A stretch of DNA of 64,000 bases from Eubacteriales bacterium (GCA_045578385.1 JAZNKD010000034.1:10234-74233), one strand, 5' to 3'. Counted from the stretch's first letter, positions 27,556-37,995 are shown. Program-made: numbers and translations. Notes: a model not told the origin generated them from the sequence alone.

Positions 27556-28428
27556 TTATGAGTAAGCCTTATCTGCAAGCATCAGACGAAGTGTAGATTC
27601 GGCGTTACGGTATTTCTCAGCGTCTCTTTTTTTGGAGCTTGCCAATTCCGAGAGCATTCTGAATGCTATAATGGTATTATCGGGAAGGTGCTTGAAGCCT
27701 TCTTTATCAGAAAGTGGCGTAGATGATAGATAAACGCCGTATTCTGAGGCGAGACGGTAACCCGTGTCGGTTTTATTCGTCGTTATTTTTGCGTCCTCAG
27801 GTAAATATTGGCTTATTCCGCTAAAGGGGTTATTTTTTGCATCCTTAGTTAAATTCGTGAAAAGCTCCTCGGAAATGAGGCAGATGTAATAATCTCCGTA
27901 GAGCATATGCTGATTGAAATTATCTCGGTTTTCCTTTAAAAGCGAAGGGTTGGGGGTGTTACCCTGCGCTTCCATTTCCGCAATTTCCTTACCCGACGGG
28001 ATATATATATCCAAGAATGAAACATGTCTGTTTCCGTCACCGTCAAAATCCGAAACGTATTTGTCAACAGCGTTGCAAACGGGGCGGTAGAGCGCTTCTC
28101 CTGCGGCATCATCGTAAACCCTTAGATTTTTGCCACCGGCATATATGATATAAGAATCGAAAGTTGCTTTCGTACAGGTTTGGAGCGTGCAGAAAAGTAT
28201 TACGAAAACAAGAAAAAGCGCGGCTATGGAATGCCATTTATAGTGGTAGAAAAAGTTTTCGAGCCAAAGCCGGAATTTTGATTTTTCTTTTACGTCACCG
28301 TCGGAGATATCGTCGCCCGTGTCGTTTTTTGCATTTGATGCACTTTTCTTTTTTCCGAAAGCTATATCGGGAGAAAAACGGTCGTCATTACCCTTTATAA
28401 AATCCAATTTATTGTTTTTTTCGTTCAT
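27556..28428 (-). CDS. Hypothetical single-TM protein with an extracytoplasmic domain
   Basis: WLENFFYHYKWH followed by a TM helix; DFDGDG loop; start at ATG 28428 from RBS AAGGAG and promoter position. Confidence 0.7.
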   Translation of the reverse strand: MNEKNNKLDFIKGNDDRFSPDIAFGKKKSASNAKNDTGDDISDGDVKEKSKFRLWLENFFYHYKWHSIAALFLVFVILFCTLQTCTKATFDSYIIYAGGKNLRVYDDAAGEALYRPVCNAVDKYVSDFDGDGNRHVSFLDIYIPSGKEIAEMEAQGNTPNPSLLKENRDNFNQHMLYGDYYICLISEELFTNLTKDAKNNPFSGISQYLPEDAKITTNKTDTGYRLASEYGVYLSSTPLSDKEGFKHLPDNTIIAFRMLSELASSKKRDAEKYRNAESTLRLMLADKAYS

Positions 28429-28458
28429 AAATTCTCCTTTGTAAGTCTTCATACCGAG

Positions 28459-28487
28459 AGTATAGCATTTTTCTATCGGTTTGTCAA
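28459..28487 (-). promoter_or_regulatory. Sigma-A promoter
   Basis: TTGACA-17nt-TATACT with TG extension. Confidence 0.75.
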
Positions 28488-28622
28488 TAAGTAGATTGTT
28501 AATAAGCTGTATTTGAATATTTCTTGCAGTGCTTTAAAGAATGCTTCTTGAATTTTTTGAAGCATCAGAGTCTTATAAAGTATGTGAATAATACTAAAAT
28601 GTAAAACATTGTTGTCTAAAAT

Positions 28623-28684
28623 AACAAAAAACATTCGAAATCACGCCTTGTAATAAGTAAAAGCGTATCCGAATGTTTTTTGTT
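28623..28684 (-). terminator. Terminator after lysS
   Basis: 15-bp inverted repeat AACAAAAAACATTCG / CGAATGTTTTTTGTT. Confidence 0.7.
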
Positions 28685-28718
28685 TTTATGTTGATACTGT
28701 TGATTTGATGAAATTAAA

Positions 28719-30230
28719 TCAGTTTGCTTCGGGCTTCATTGTCGGGAAGAGAAGCACATCTCTGATTGAAGGAGAGTCGGTAAGGAGCATAACGAGTCTG
28801 TCAACTCCGAAGCCGAGTCCGCCTGTGGGGGGCATACCGTATTCGAGTGCCGTTACGTAATCGTAATCAACCTCAGCGGGAGAAGTAGGATCCTCCGCTT
28901 TCTTCTTTGCAACCTGCTTTTCAAATCTCTCTCGCTGGTCGATAGGATCGTTAAGCTCCGAGAATGCGTTTCCGTACTCGGTACAGTTGATGAAGTACTC
29001 GAATCTTTCGGTAAATCTGGGATCCTCGGGCTTTCTTTTTGCAAGAGGGCTGTTTTCAACGGGGTAATCGTAAATGAAGGTGGGCTGAATGAGCTTATCC
29101 TCTACGAATGCGTCAAAGAGTTCAACGAGAACCGTGCCTGCTGTAGCATCTTTTGGAACTTCAACGTGAAGTCTTGCTGCATCTGCTCTTGCTTCTTCGT
29201 CGCTTTTCCAAGCGTAATAATCAACGCCTGCATATTTCTTAACGGCGTCAACCATAGTAAGACGCTCCCAATTTCCAAGGTCTATTTCTACGCCTTGATA
29301 GGTAATTTTGGTATTGCCGCAAACCTCTTTTGCAAGGAGCTTATAAAGCTCTTCAACAAGGTCCATCATTCCGTAATAGTCGGTGAAAGCTTCGTAAAGC
29401 TCAATGGTGGTGAACTCGGGGTTGTGCTTGGGGTCCATACCCTCGTTTCTGAAGATTCTTCCTACCTCGTAAACCTTGTGCATACCGCCAACGATAAGTC
29501 TTTTAAGGTAAAGCTCGGTTTCAATACGGAGATACATAGGGATATCAAGGGTGTTGTGGTGAGTGCTGAATGAACGCGCTGAGGCTCCGATTTCTATAGG
29601 AAGGAGTATAGGCGTGTCAACTTCGAGATAGCCCTTTGAATCGAGATACGAACGGATAATTGAAAGTATTTTTGAACGCTTAATAAAGGTGTCCTTTACC
29701 TCTGGATTAACGATAAGGTCAACGTATCTCTGTCTGTATCTCTGCTCAAGATTTGTAAGACCGTGGAACTTTTCGGGAAGGGGTAGGAGTGATTTAGCGA
29801 GAAGCGTTGCGCTCTTTGCGTGAACAGAAATTTCACCTGTTCTTGTGCGGAATAGTGTGCCCTCAACGCCGATGATATCACCGACGTCCCATTTTTTAAA
29901 GCCCGCGTAAGCTTCTTCACCGAGGTCATCACGAGAAACGTAAAGCTGAATTTTTCCGTCGCCGTCGAGAAGATGGGCAAAGGAAGCCTTACCCATAACT
30001 CTCTTTCCCACCATTCTTCCCGCAACTCTTACGGTAAGCTCGCGGCCCTCTGCAACAAGAGCCTCCTCGTTGTCTGCAAATTCTCTAATTGCGTTAACGC
30101 TGGTATGAGTTACGTCGTATTTTGTAATTTCAAAAGGATTTTTGCCTGCTTCGCAAAGACCTGCAAGCTTATCGCGGCGGATCTTAAGCTCGCTGGTATC
30201 ATTTAAAACATTAGCTGTATTTTCTGCCAT
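28719..30230 (-). CDS. lysS: Lysine--tRNA ligase (class II)
   Basis: PLPEKFHGL, RYRQRYVDL, FRNEGMD..HNPEFT and YGMPPTGGLGFGVDRL. Confidence 0.97.
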   Translation of the reverse strand: MAENTANVLNDTSELKIRRDKLAGLCEAGKNPFEITKYDVTHTSVNAIREFADNEEALVAEGRELTVRVAGRMVGKRVMGKASFAHLLDGDGKIQLYVSRDDLGEEAYAGFKKWDVGDIIGVEGTLFRTRTGEISVHAKSATLLAKSLLPLPEKFHGLTNLEQRYRQRYVDLIVNPEVKDTFIKRSKILSIIRSYLDSKGYLEVDTPILLPIEIGASARSFSTHHNTLDIPMYLRIETELYLKRLIVGGMHKVYEVGRIFRNEGMDPKHNPEFTTIELYEAFTDYYGMMDLVEELYKLLAKEVCGNTKITYQGVEIDLGNWERLTMVDAVKKYAGVDYYAWKSDEEARADAARLHVEVPKDATAGTVLVELFDAFVEDKLIQPTFIYDYPVENSPLAKRKPEDPRFTERFEYFINCTEYGNAFSELNDPIDQRERFEKQVAKKKAEDPTSPAEVDYDYVTALEYGMPPTGGLGFGVDRLVMLLTDSPSIRDVLLFPTMKPEAN

Positions 30231-30269
30231 CTTTAATGTCCTTTCTTTTCGTTTGATATCGGTGGGGGC

Positions 30270-30746
30270 TTACTTAGCTCTGGTTACGCTCTTAACCTGA
30301 AGCACCTGTTCACGTACACCGGGAACAAGAACCTCGTCGCCTTCTGCGGATCCAAGAAGCGAGCGGCCTACGGGGGAGTCGTCGGATATCTTTCCGTTTA
30401 TCGGGTCGGTTTCGTAAGAACCCACGATATGATAAGTGAATTCTCTTCCACGGGTAACGTTGTAAACAACAACGATAGAGCCAACGCTTACCTTTGATTC
30501 ATCAATCTGGGATTCATCAATAATTTTAGCATTTGCGATCATTTCGCGAAGCTCTGCGATGCGGGCGTGGATTTTGCCCTGCTCCTCTTTAGCTGCATCA
30601 TATTCGCTGTTCTCTGAAAGGTCACCAAATGAACGCGCGGTGGATATTTCTTTTTTGTTCTCCTCGACTCTTACGTTAACGAGATAATCGAGTTCGTCCT
30701 GAAGCGCCTTGAAGCCCTCGGGAGTGTAAGTCTTTGTTTCTGGCAT
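30270..30746 (-). CDS. greA: Transcription elongation factor GreA
   Basis: ARSFGDLSENSEYDAAK and ISDDSPVG. Confidence 0.95.
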   Translation of the reverse strand: MPETKTYTPEGFKALQDELDYLVNVRVEENKKEISTARSFGDLSENSEYDAAKEEQGKIHARIAELREMIANAKIIDESQIDESKVSVGSIVVVYNVTRGREFTYHIVGSYETDPINGKISDDSPVGRSLLGSAEGDEVLVPGVREQVLQVKSVTRAK

Positions 30747-30763
30747 GTTTATGTTCTCCTAAA

Positions 30764-32059
30764 TTAATTATTCGAGATAAGATTGAGAAGCTCTGAAAGA
30801 GCTACCTCTGTGTATTTATCTTCATCTTCAACAAGCACGTCGGGCGTGACACCGACACCGTTGAAGTTTATACCCGACGGGGGATTGTAAAGTGCAGTGG
30901 TGAGGGTTAAGCTGGATTCGTCCTTGAAGTAATAAGTGCTTTGCATAACGCCCTTTTTATAGGTGGTTTCGCCAACTACTGTGCATTTTAAAAGTCCCAT
31001 ATCGTCATAATCGCGCATAGCAGCAGAGAAAAGCTCTGCTGCGGAAGCACTCGTTTCATCGCATATAACCACGGAAGGAATTGAAAGCACGTGGTCGGTA
31101 GTCTCAAACATACCGCCGTGCGTCGCATAAATCGGCTTTTTTGAGCTTGAGAATGATGCTATCGGAGTTCCCGAGGGAACAAGGTACGAAAGCATATCCG
31201 AAACAGCATACAGATATCCGCCGGGATTGCGTCGGAGATCAAAAATGATTCCGGAAACTTCGGCCTCTTCCATAGCCTTGATAGCTTTGAAAAACTGAGA
31301 TGCGGTGTTTGCTTTAAAGCTTGTTACTGTTATATAGCCTATGTTATTTTCTTTCATTAATGAATAAGCAACGGAGGTTTCGGTAATGCGCGCTCTTATC
31401 ATGGTAAACGAGATTTCAGTTCCGTCTCTGTCTACCGTAACGGTTACCTCTGTTCCTTCCTCGCCTCTTATCATATTGACTGCATCAAGTGTTTCGACAT
31501 CGGATACACGGACACCGTTTACTGCGACTATATAATCATCAGGCATAATTCCTGCATTGAATGCCGGTGAGCCCGGCTCTACGCTGTTTACAAATATTGT
31601 TTTTTCGAGATCGTTTCTGAGAACTGCAACTCCGATTCCTACAAAATTACCGCTCATATCGTCAGTATATTCTGCGGATTCGTCAGCACTTCTGTAAAAA
31701 GCATACTTATCTCCAACAGAATGTATATAACAGTCTATCAGAGAATAGGTTACTTCTGTTTCGGAATCAACGTCTATCTCGGAGCAAAATTCAATATACG
31801 CGTTTTTCGTTTTTTCGGCGAGTGTTTCATTGTCGGGAAGATCAGTGTAATAGTAACTGTTAAAACAGCTTTCGATAGCACCGAACAAGTTTTCGTCGAA
31901 TTCTGGTATCTCATCCATACTTTTTAATCTTGAGGAAACCGAATCGGAATCCATATTCGTATCGTTGGGATAGTTTTTTTTGCAGGACGTAAGGCTTGAT
32001 ACGAGGAGTACCAAAATTAAAACGAATGAGAGGGTCCGCATGGATATTCTTTTTATCAT
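30764..32059 (-). CDS. ctpA: S41 C-terminal processing peptidase (lipoprotein, PDZ)
   Basis: Lipobox LTSC, GIGV PDZ, DLRRNPGG, SASAAE and GVTPD; start at ATG 32059 from RBS. Confidence 0.9.
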   Translation of the reverse strand: MIKRISMRTLSFVLILVLLVSSLTSCKKNYPNDTNMDSDSVSSRLKSMDEIPEFDENLFGAIESCFNSYYYTDLPDNETLAEKTKNAYIEFCSEIDVDSETEVTYSLIDCYIHSVGDKYAFYRSADESAEYTDDMSGNFVGIGVAVLRNDLEKTIFVNSVEPGSPAFNAGIMPDDYIVAVNGVRVSDVETLDAVNMIRGEEGTEVTVTVDRDGTEISFTMIRARITETSVAYSLMKENNIGYITVTSFKANTASQFFKAIKAMEEAEVSGIIFDLRRNPGGYLYAVSDMLSYLVPSGTPIASFSSSKKPIYATHGGMFETTDHVLSIPSVVICDETSASAAELFSAAMRDYDDMGLLKCTVVGETTYKKGVMQSTYYFKDESSLTLTTALYNPPSGINFNGVGVTPDVLVEDEDKYTEVALSELLNLISNN

Positions 32060-32188
32060 ATATACCTTCTGTATTCGCAAGATTTTACCCTGCGTCGCTA
32101 AGAGTGCTGTTGTCTCTGTGCTGAGCAGGGCAGTGTTAAATCTTTATTTAGATTTTATCAAACCGTCTTTAAAAAATCTGTCGAACTA

Positions 32189-33274
32189 TCAGAATTTGGT
32201 GGGCTTGCTCGTAAGATATTTTTTAACCATAAGAGCAACCTTGAAGATAACCGCGTGATCAAACTCTCGGAGATCAAGACCTGTGAGCTTTCTGATTTTC
32301 TCGAGTCGGTATACAAGAGTATTTCTATGTACAAAGAGCTTTCTTGAAGTTTCTGAAACGTTTAGGTTGTTTTCAAAGAAGCTCTGAACAGTCATAAGAG
32401 TTTCTTTATCAAGAGACTCGAGCGAGCCTTTTTTGAAAACTTCCTGAAGAAAAATTTCGCAAAGTGTCGTTGGAAGCTGATAGATAAGCCTTCCGATACC
32501 GAGGTTTTCGTAAGACATAATAGGTTGCTCAATGTCAAATACTTTTCCTACCTCGAGAGATACCCTTGCTTCTTTATAAGCCTTTGCAAGATCCTTGAGA
32601 TTTTCAACGATGGAAGAAATACCGATAAGTACCTTTGCCCCGTATTCATCGTGGGTAACCTTGAGAATGTTCTTAGCAAATGCGTCGAGTTCTTCGCCGC
32701 CTTCGCTTCTGTCAACCTCTTTAACAATTACGATATCCTGCTCGCTGATGCTTATTACATAATCTCTCGTGCTTTCATCAACAATGCTCTGGATTATTTC
32801 GTAGGGAGGAGTATCGGTTGAGCCGTGGAATTTGATTACGAGAACCGCGCGGCAGTCTTCATTGTTAAAGTGTAGCTCGTTTGATTTAATATAAATATCG
32901 CTGGGAAGAATATTATCAAGAATTATATTCTTAATAAAAGATCCCTTGTCGTATTTCTCGTCGTAAAGGCTTTTTATGTTGCCAAGAGAAATGGAGAGCA
33001 GCTGAGTTACTTTATCCGCTTCCGAATCTGTACCTTCTGCAAAAGCAATACAGTCGTTCTTACCGGAAGCCGTAATGAAACGGTAGGAGTATCCTTCATA
33101 GCATATAGAACCGTGAGAGAAAGCAAGTTCCTCGCGGATGCGCTGTCTTGATTCGCCTATTTTACCGAGTTCGCTGCACGCGATAATAATTCCGTTTTCG
33201 TCGATCACACCGATAGTGCGTCCAAGTATGTCTTTCATCTGGTGGATGACAGTTTGGAACAAACGGTTAGACAT
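32189..33274 (-). CDS. CdaR/PucR-family transcriptional regulator
   Basis: C-terminal HTH NLNVSETSRKLFVHRNTLVYRLEKI; N-terminal IGVIDENGIIIA sensor. Confidence 0.9.
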   Translation of the reverse strand: MSNRLFQTVIHQMKDILGRTIGVIDENGIIIACSELGKIGESRQRIREELAFSHGSICYEGYSYRFITASGKNDCIAFAEGTDSEADKVTQLLSISLGNIKSLYDEKYDKGSFIKNIILDNILPSDIYIKSNELHFNNEDCRAVLVIKFHGSTDTPPYEIIQSIVDESTRDYVISISEQDIVIVKEVDRSEGGEELDAFAKNILKVTHDEYGAKVLIGISSIVENLKDLAKAYKEARVSLEVGKVFDIEQPIMSYENLGIGRLIYQLPTTLCEIFLQEVFKKGSLESLDKETLMTVQSFFENNLNVSETSRKLFVHRNTLVYRLEKIRKLTGLDLREFDHAVIFKVALMVKKYLTSKPTKF

Positions 33275-33442
33275 ATTTTATCCCCTTTCAATTATAAACG
33301 AATGCGATTTGTTTATACTGTCCTATATTCTACCTTATTTTTTAGCATTTTTCAATAGTTTTTTCAAAAAAGTTTTATTTTTCACCAAAAAAAATACAAT
33401 TTTTTTGTAAAGTTTGTATTTTTCGCGATTTAAAAATAACAA

Positions 33443-34180
33443 TTAAAGCTCAAAACGGTAGGAAATTGCAGAGAGACAGTAGTCGGGAGCCGTTTCACAT
33501 CTTAAAATTCGTGGTCCAAGATTAGCAAGGAGCATTCCCGCGTCCTTGGCAGCGCGCGCTTCTTCTTCGGAAAATCCCCCCTCAGAGCCTACCATAACCG
33601 AAATGCTCTTGGGAGTATGTTTCGTTGCTTCGAGGATTTTTTTAAGCGATTCCGTTCCTTCGCCTTCGTAACAGAAAATGGAGAGTGTATGCGATGCTGC
33701 GAGCTTTATAGCTTCGGTATAGCTTAACGGTGTCGTAACTTCGGGTAAAACGGCTCTGCCGCATTGCTTTGCCGCTTCTTCAGCGATACGGGTTAATCTT
33801 GTTGTACGCTCACCCGCCTTTTCGGCTTTCGGTTTTTTGATGCATCGTGAGGATTCAAAGGGGACTATTTTTACCGCGCCAAGCTCAACTGCTTTTTGAA
33901 CAACCCTTTCGAGCTTGTCTGATTTCGGGTAAGCCATAAAGAGTGTTATTTTTGATTTTGGCTCGCTTGACGATAGAGAGGTTGATATTATTTGGAGATC
34001 GCACCTGTCGTCGCGTATTTTTGTGAATGATGCCCGGTATTCGTACCCCTTACCGTCCGAAACCGTAATTTCGTCTCCTACCGCCATTCTGAGCGATCTT
34101 GCAATATGCCTTGCGTCGTCACCGAGAATAAACAGAGTGCCGTTTTCAATCTGATTTTCAGATACAAAGAATCTCGGCAT
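33443..34180 (-). CDS. rsmE: 16S rRNA m3U1498 methyltransferase
   Basis: MPRFF, QKAVELG, EAAKQCGR, GSEGGF and LGPRILRCETA. Confidence 0.95.
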   Translation of the reverse strand: MPRFFVSENQIENGTLFILGDDARHIARSLRMAVGDEITVSDGKGYEYRASFTKIRDDRCDLQIISTSLSSSEPKSKITLFMAYPKSDKLERVVQKAVELGAVKIVPFESSRCIKKPKAEKAGERTTRLTRIAEEAAKQCGRAVLPEVTTPLSYTEAIKLAASHTLSIFCYEGEGTESLKKILEATKHTPKSISVMVGSEGGFSEEEARAAKDAGMLLANLGPRILRCETAPDYCLSAISYRFEL

Positions 34181-34181
34181 T

Positions 34182-35102
34182 TCACACACCCCTTTTTATC
34201 ATCATAGCGACCCAATCATTTTCACGTTCGATGCGTACAACACCGTACCCGTGTGAAGCCGCTGCGCGCTTTATATCTTCCTCACGCTCTGCAACTATCC
34301 CGGAGAGGATAATCGGGGCAAAGGGTGAGAGGTAAGCGTGAATATCAGGAAGCATCCTTATAATTATATCCGCTACTATGTTCGCAACGCAAATGTCGTA
34401 ACCGCCGGTCATTTTTTCAACCCCTGAGAGAAGATCCGATACCCCTACGGTAATATTATCACATTCGGCGATGATTGCGTTTTCTTTTGCAACCTTTACG
34501 GCAACGGGGTCAATATCGTATGCGTTACAGCTGGAAGCTCCAAGCTTTGCTGCTGTTATTGCCAGAATTCCGGATCCGCATCCGACGTCAAGCACGCGCT
34601 CGTTGCCTTTTACGACGTCCTGCATAATTTTCATAACAAGACGTGTGGTTTCGTGTGTTCCCGTTCCAAATGCCATGCCGGGATCTATCTTTATTATTAC
34701 CTCTCCGTCCTTGGCATCATAGGTTTCCCACGCAGGAACTATGGTAACCTTTCCGAGCTTTATCGGTTTGAAGTATTTTTTCCAGGAGTCAGCCCAGTTT
34801 TCTTCCTCCATACCCTCTATTTCTCTTTTGAATTTTATATGTAGAGAATCAAGCTTCGCATCGATAAAAGCAATGTACTCGGAAAGATTTTTTTCCTCGG
34901 GCACAAAAATAGATATTTTTGCTTTTGTTTTATCTGCCTTTAGAATAGAATCGTCAACAAGCTCGCCATACATTCCGTTTAGGGAAAAATCACTGTAATC
35001 CTCAATCATAAGTCCATTGTCGAGCATACTGATAACTGCACTTGCGCGATCTAAATCTTTAGTATCTACAACTATTGTCAGTTTAGTCCAAGTTCCTGCC
35101 AT
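34182..35102 (-). CDS. prmA: Ribosomal protein L11 methyltransferase
   Basis: WKKYFKP, IDPGMAFGTGTHETT, LDVGCGSGIL and ANIVA. Confidence 0.95.
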   Translation of the reverse strand: MAGTWTKLTIVVDTKDLDRASAVISMLDNGLMIEDYSDFSLNGMYGELVDDSILKADKTKAKISIFVPEEKNLSEYIAFIDAKLDSLHIKFKREIEGMEEENWADSWKKYFKPIKLGKVTIVPAWETYDAKDGEVIIKIDPGMAFGTGTHETTRLVMKIMQDVVKGNERVLDVGCGSGILAITAAKLGASSCNAYDIDPVAVKVAKENAIIAECDNITVGVSDLLSGVEKMTGGYDICVANIVADIIIRMLPDIHAYLSPFAPIILSGIVAEREEDIKRAAASHGYGVVRIERENDWVAMMIKRGV

Positions 35103-36043
35103 TTTAATTCTCCTGAAAGCTTTAAAGCTTCTATTTTGTCAACGTTTATTTGCATAATTAAATCTTTTGCGCTTGAAAATTTCTTTTCTTCGCGCAAAAA
35201 TGCGAGAAGATATATTTTGACCTCTCGTTCATAAAGATTGCCGTCAAAGTCAAGAATATATGTTTCCGCGTGAGCGTCTCTTTCTGTAAATGTGGGGCAA
35301 GCGCCTACGTTACAGAGTGCTTTATATATTTTACCTCTTATTTTTACGGCAGCAAGATATACTCCGAATCGCGGAACGAATTTTCCTTTTTGAAGATCCG
35401 TGTTAATTGTTGGTATTCCAAGTCCTTTTCCAATTCCCAGTCCGTGCAAAACTTTGCCGCTTATGAAATATGGCTTGCCGAGCAGCTTTGCTGCTTCTGC
35501 CAGCTTGTTGTTCGAAAGGAGTTCTCTTATATAGGTTGAGGAAAGAGTTTTTCCCGAATAAAGATATTCGTCCAATATCTCTGCTTTCCGTCCCGCTTTT
35601 TTCATAAGGGAGAGAAGATGCTCGGAGGAGCCGTTTGCGTTTTTCCCAAATTTAAAATTAAAACCGCATACAGCGATACGTGTATTAAGTACGCCTATCA
35701 AAAAATCATTTACGAAGCTTTCTTTTTGAGTATCCCGAAATAGAGAGAAGCTTGCAATAACGGTACAGTCTGCTCCGCAATCTTCAAAAATTGAGAGCCG
35801 TTCGGAATCGGTGAATAGCTTTGCAGAGCCGGATTTTAATAGGTTCTCATCACCCGAAAACGTAAAAATAACAAGCGGATATCCCTCTGTTTTTGCAAGC
35901 GCCTTTGCTTTATCAATAAGAGCTCTGTGCGCCAGATGAACACCGTCAAAAAATCCCAGCGCCGTAACCGTTCCGGAAGAAAAAATGCTGTCGACATTCA
36001 AATTTTTGATATCTGACGCTTGATTTATCCGTATAGTTTTCAT
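35078..36043 (-). CDS. ribF: Bifunctional riboflavin kinase/FAD synthetase
   Basis: GFFDGVHLAH, GFNFKFG, SSTYIR, GIPTIN, GVY and LREEKKF. Confidence 0.93.
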   Translation of the reverse strand: MKTIRINQASDIKNLNVDSIFSSGTVTALGFFDGVHLAHRALIDKAKALAKTEGYPLVIFTFSGDENLLKSGSAKLFTDSERLSIFEDCGADCTVIASFSLFRDTQKESFVNDFLIGVLNTRIAVCGFNFKFGKNANGSSEHLLSLMKKAGRKAEILDEYLYSGKTLSSTYIRELLSNNKLAEAAKLLGKPYFISGKVLHGLGIGKGLGIPTINTDLQKGKFVPRFGVYLAAVKIRGKIYKALCNVGACPTFTERDAHAETYILDFDGNLYEREVKIYLLAFLREEKKFSSAKDLIMQINVDKIEALKLSGELKWQELGLN

Positions 36044-36128
36044 TTTTTCTCCTTCCCGGTTTCATTATGTGCAAAAATTTATCGCTCGACGCCCCGAGCG
36101 ATAGAAGAAATTCTTAAAAAGTATCATT

Positions 36129-36157
36129 ATTCTAACATTTTTCGTTAAAAAAGTCAA
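36129..36157 (-). promoter_or_regulatory. Sigma-A promoter for ribF-prmA-rsmE
   Basis: TTGACT-17nt-TAGAAT with TG extension. Confidence 0.65.
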
Positions 36158-36251
36158 TAGTAAAACCCGTAAGTGTAAATCTCCGGTGGTTAGGTTTCAC
36201 AAAACGTGTTGTTTATCTTCCACTAAAATTACGGTAATAAAAATATTTTAT

Positions 36252-36280
36252 TTGACAAAATAATATTAGTATGTTAAAAT
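36252..36280 (+). promoter_or_regulatory. Sigma-A promoter for MFS transporter
   Basis: TTGACA-17nt-TAAAAT with TG extension. Confidence 0.75.
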
Positions 36281-36337
36281 TGCTTTGGTGATCGCACTGT
36301 ATATGACGGTTACGATTAAAAAAGAAAGGTTATTACT

Positions 36338-37921
36338 ATGAAGCTTAATTACAAACGCACAATATTCGTAGGCTTTGCATTCTTTCTTATATGCGCATTT
36401 TGGCAGGCTTATGATACTATAATTCCCAAAATACTTACCGAGAGATTCGGAATAAGTCAGACCGCATCCGGCTTTATTATGGCGCTTGACAATATTCTTG
36501 CGTTGTTTATGCTACCACTGTTCGGAATTGTTTCGGATAAATGCAAATCGAAAATGGGTAGAAGAACACCCTTTATTTTATTCGGTACAATTATAGCTGC
36601 CTGCGTATTCATTTCGCTCTCGTTTGTTGACGGTGCTCAACTTAAAAAGATAGACACCGTTACAGATCTTGAATCAGAGAGTGTCAGAGAAATGCTCTAC
36701 GACTACGAATACGAGGGATACTTGAAAACTCCCGACGGAGATGAGTTCGTTCTTGGAAAAACCTACGTTGATGATACGGACAAGAACACCGTGAAGAAGC
36801 TTGATAAGGACGCCTTCCTTTCCTTCAAGGTTTACAATGAGGACGGCAAGGCTACCGATGAATATACGAATTACATCGTACCTGCAAGGCAGGCGTACGT
36901 ATATCAGGAAATAACTTCCAACAATCCTTCAAATCTTATATGGTTTATCGCGATACTGTTTATTTTGCTTATGTCGATGGCTACATTCCGTACACCTGCG
37001 GTATCTCTTATGCCCGACGTAACGCCCAAGCCTCTGAGATCAAAGGGTAATGCAATTATAAATCTTATGGGAACTCTCGGCGGAAGCCTTATACTCGGAG
37101 TCGGTATCGTTCTCGGTACGGGTAACGTTAAGAATACGTTTATGCCGTATTGGAGCTACTTCCTTATAGTCGGATTTATTATGATTGCTTGCCTTGTTGC
37201 ATTTATGTTCACCGTTCGCGAGAAAAAGTACGTAAGCGATATGGAGAAGGAAAGTGCCGAAATGGGCATCTCTGAGGAGTCCGTTACCGAAAACGGCGAA
37301 AAGAGAAAGCTCTCGAAGCCTGAGCTCTGCTCGCTTATCCTTATACTTTCATCGGTAGTTCTGTGGTTCTTCGGCTATAACGCTGTTACCAGTAAGTACT
37401 CCGTATATGCGGGACAGGTTCTTAACCTTGACTACAATACGACGCTTCTCGTTGCAAATATTGCGGCTCTTATAGCTTATATTCCCGTTGGCTTGATTTC
37501 GTCGAAAATAGGAAGAAAAAAGAGTATTCTTGCCGGCGTAGTTATTCTTACTTCGGCGTTCCTTATAGCTTCCTTCCTAAGAAACGGAACGCCCCTTTGG
37601 GTTATGACTCTTATCTTCGTTATGGCAGGTATCGGATGGGCAACTATTAACGTAAACTCCTTCCCGATGGTAGTTGAGCTTGCTAAGGGCGGAGACGTTG
37701 GAAAATATACCGGATTCTATTATACCGCATCTATGGCGGCGCAGACTCTTACGCCCGTTCTTTCCGGTATTGTGATAGACAACTTCGGTATGACTAAGCT
37801 CTTCCCGTACGCTACCGTATTTGCGGGATGCGCGTTTATAACTATGTTCTTTGTTAAGCACGGTGACTCGAAGCCTGAATCTCAGGGCGCACTTGAATCG
37901 CTTGCAGGCGGAGATGACTGA
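36338..37921 (+). CDS. MFS transporter (SLC45/maltose-sucrose-like) with large loop insertion
   Basis: SDKCKSKMGRRTPF and SKIGRKK motif A; LMPDVTP; about 12 TM; approx. 100-aa hydrophilic insert after TM3. Confidence 0.85.
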   Translation: MKLNYKRTIFVGFAFFLICAFWQAYDTIIPKILTERFGISQTASGFIMALDNILALFMLPLFGIVSDKCKSKMGRRTPFILFGTIIAACVFISLSFVDGAQLKKIDTVTDLESESVREMLYDYEYEGYLKTPDGDEFVLGKTYVDDTDKNTVKKLDKDAFLSFKVYNEDGKATDEYTNYIVPARQAYVYQEITSNNPSNLIWFIAILFILLMSMATFRTPAVSLMPDVTPKPLRSKGNAIINLMGTLGGSLILGVGIVLGTGNVKNTFMPYWSYFLIVGFIMIACLVAFMFTVREKKYVSDMEKESAEMGISEESVTENGEKRKLSKPELCSLILILSSVVLWFFGYNAVTSKYSVYAGQVLNLDYNTTLLVANIAALIAYIPVGLISSKIGRKKSILAGVVILTSAFLIASFLRNGTPLWVMTLIFVMAGIGWATINVNSFPMVVELAKGGDVGKYTGFYYTASMAAQTLTPVLSGIVIDNFGMTKLFPYATVFAGCAFITMFFVKHGDSKPESQGALESLAGGDD

Positions 37922-37935
37922 TAAAATTTAATCGC

Positions 37936-37971
37936 AAAACGGCTCGTCTCATTCGGTGAGCGAGCCGTTTT
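37936..37971 (+). terminator. Terminator after MFS gene
   Basis: AAAACGGCTCG / CGAGCCGTTTT inverted repeat with T tail. Confidence 0.75.
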
Positions 37972-37995
37972 TATTATCTATGAAGGGAGATTGTT

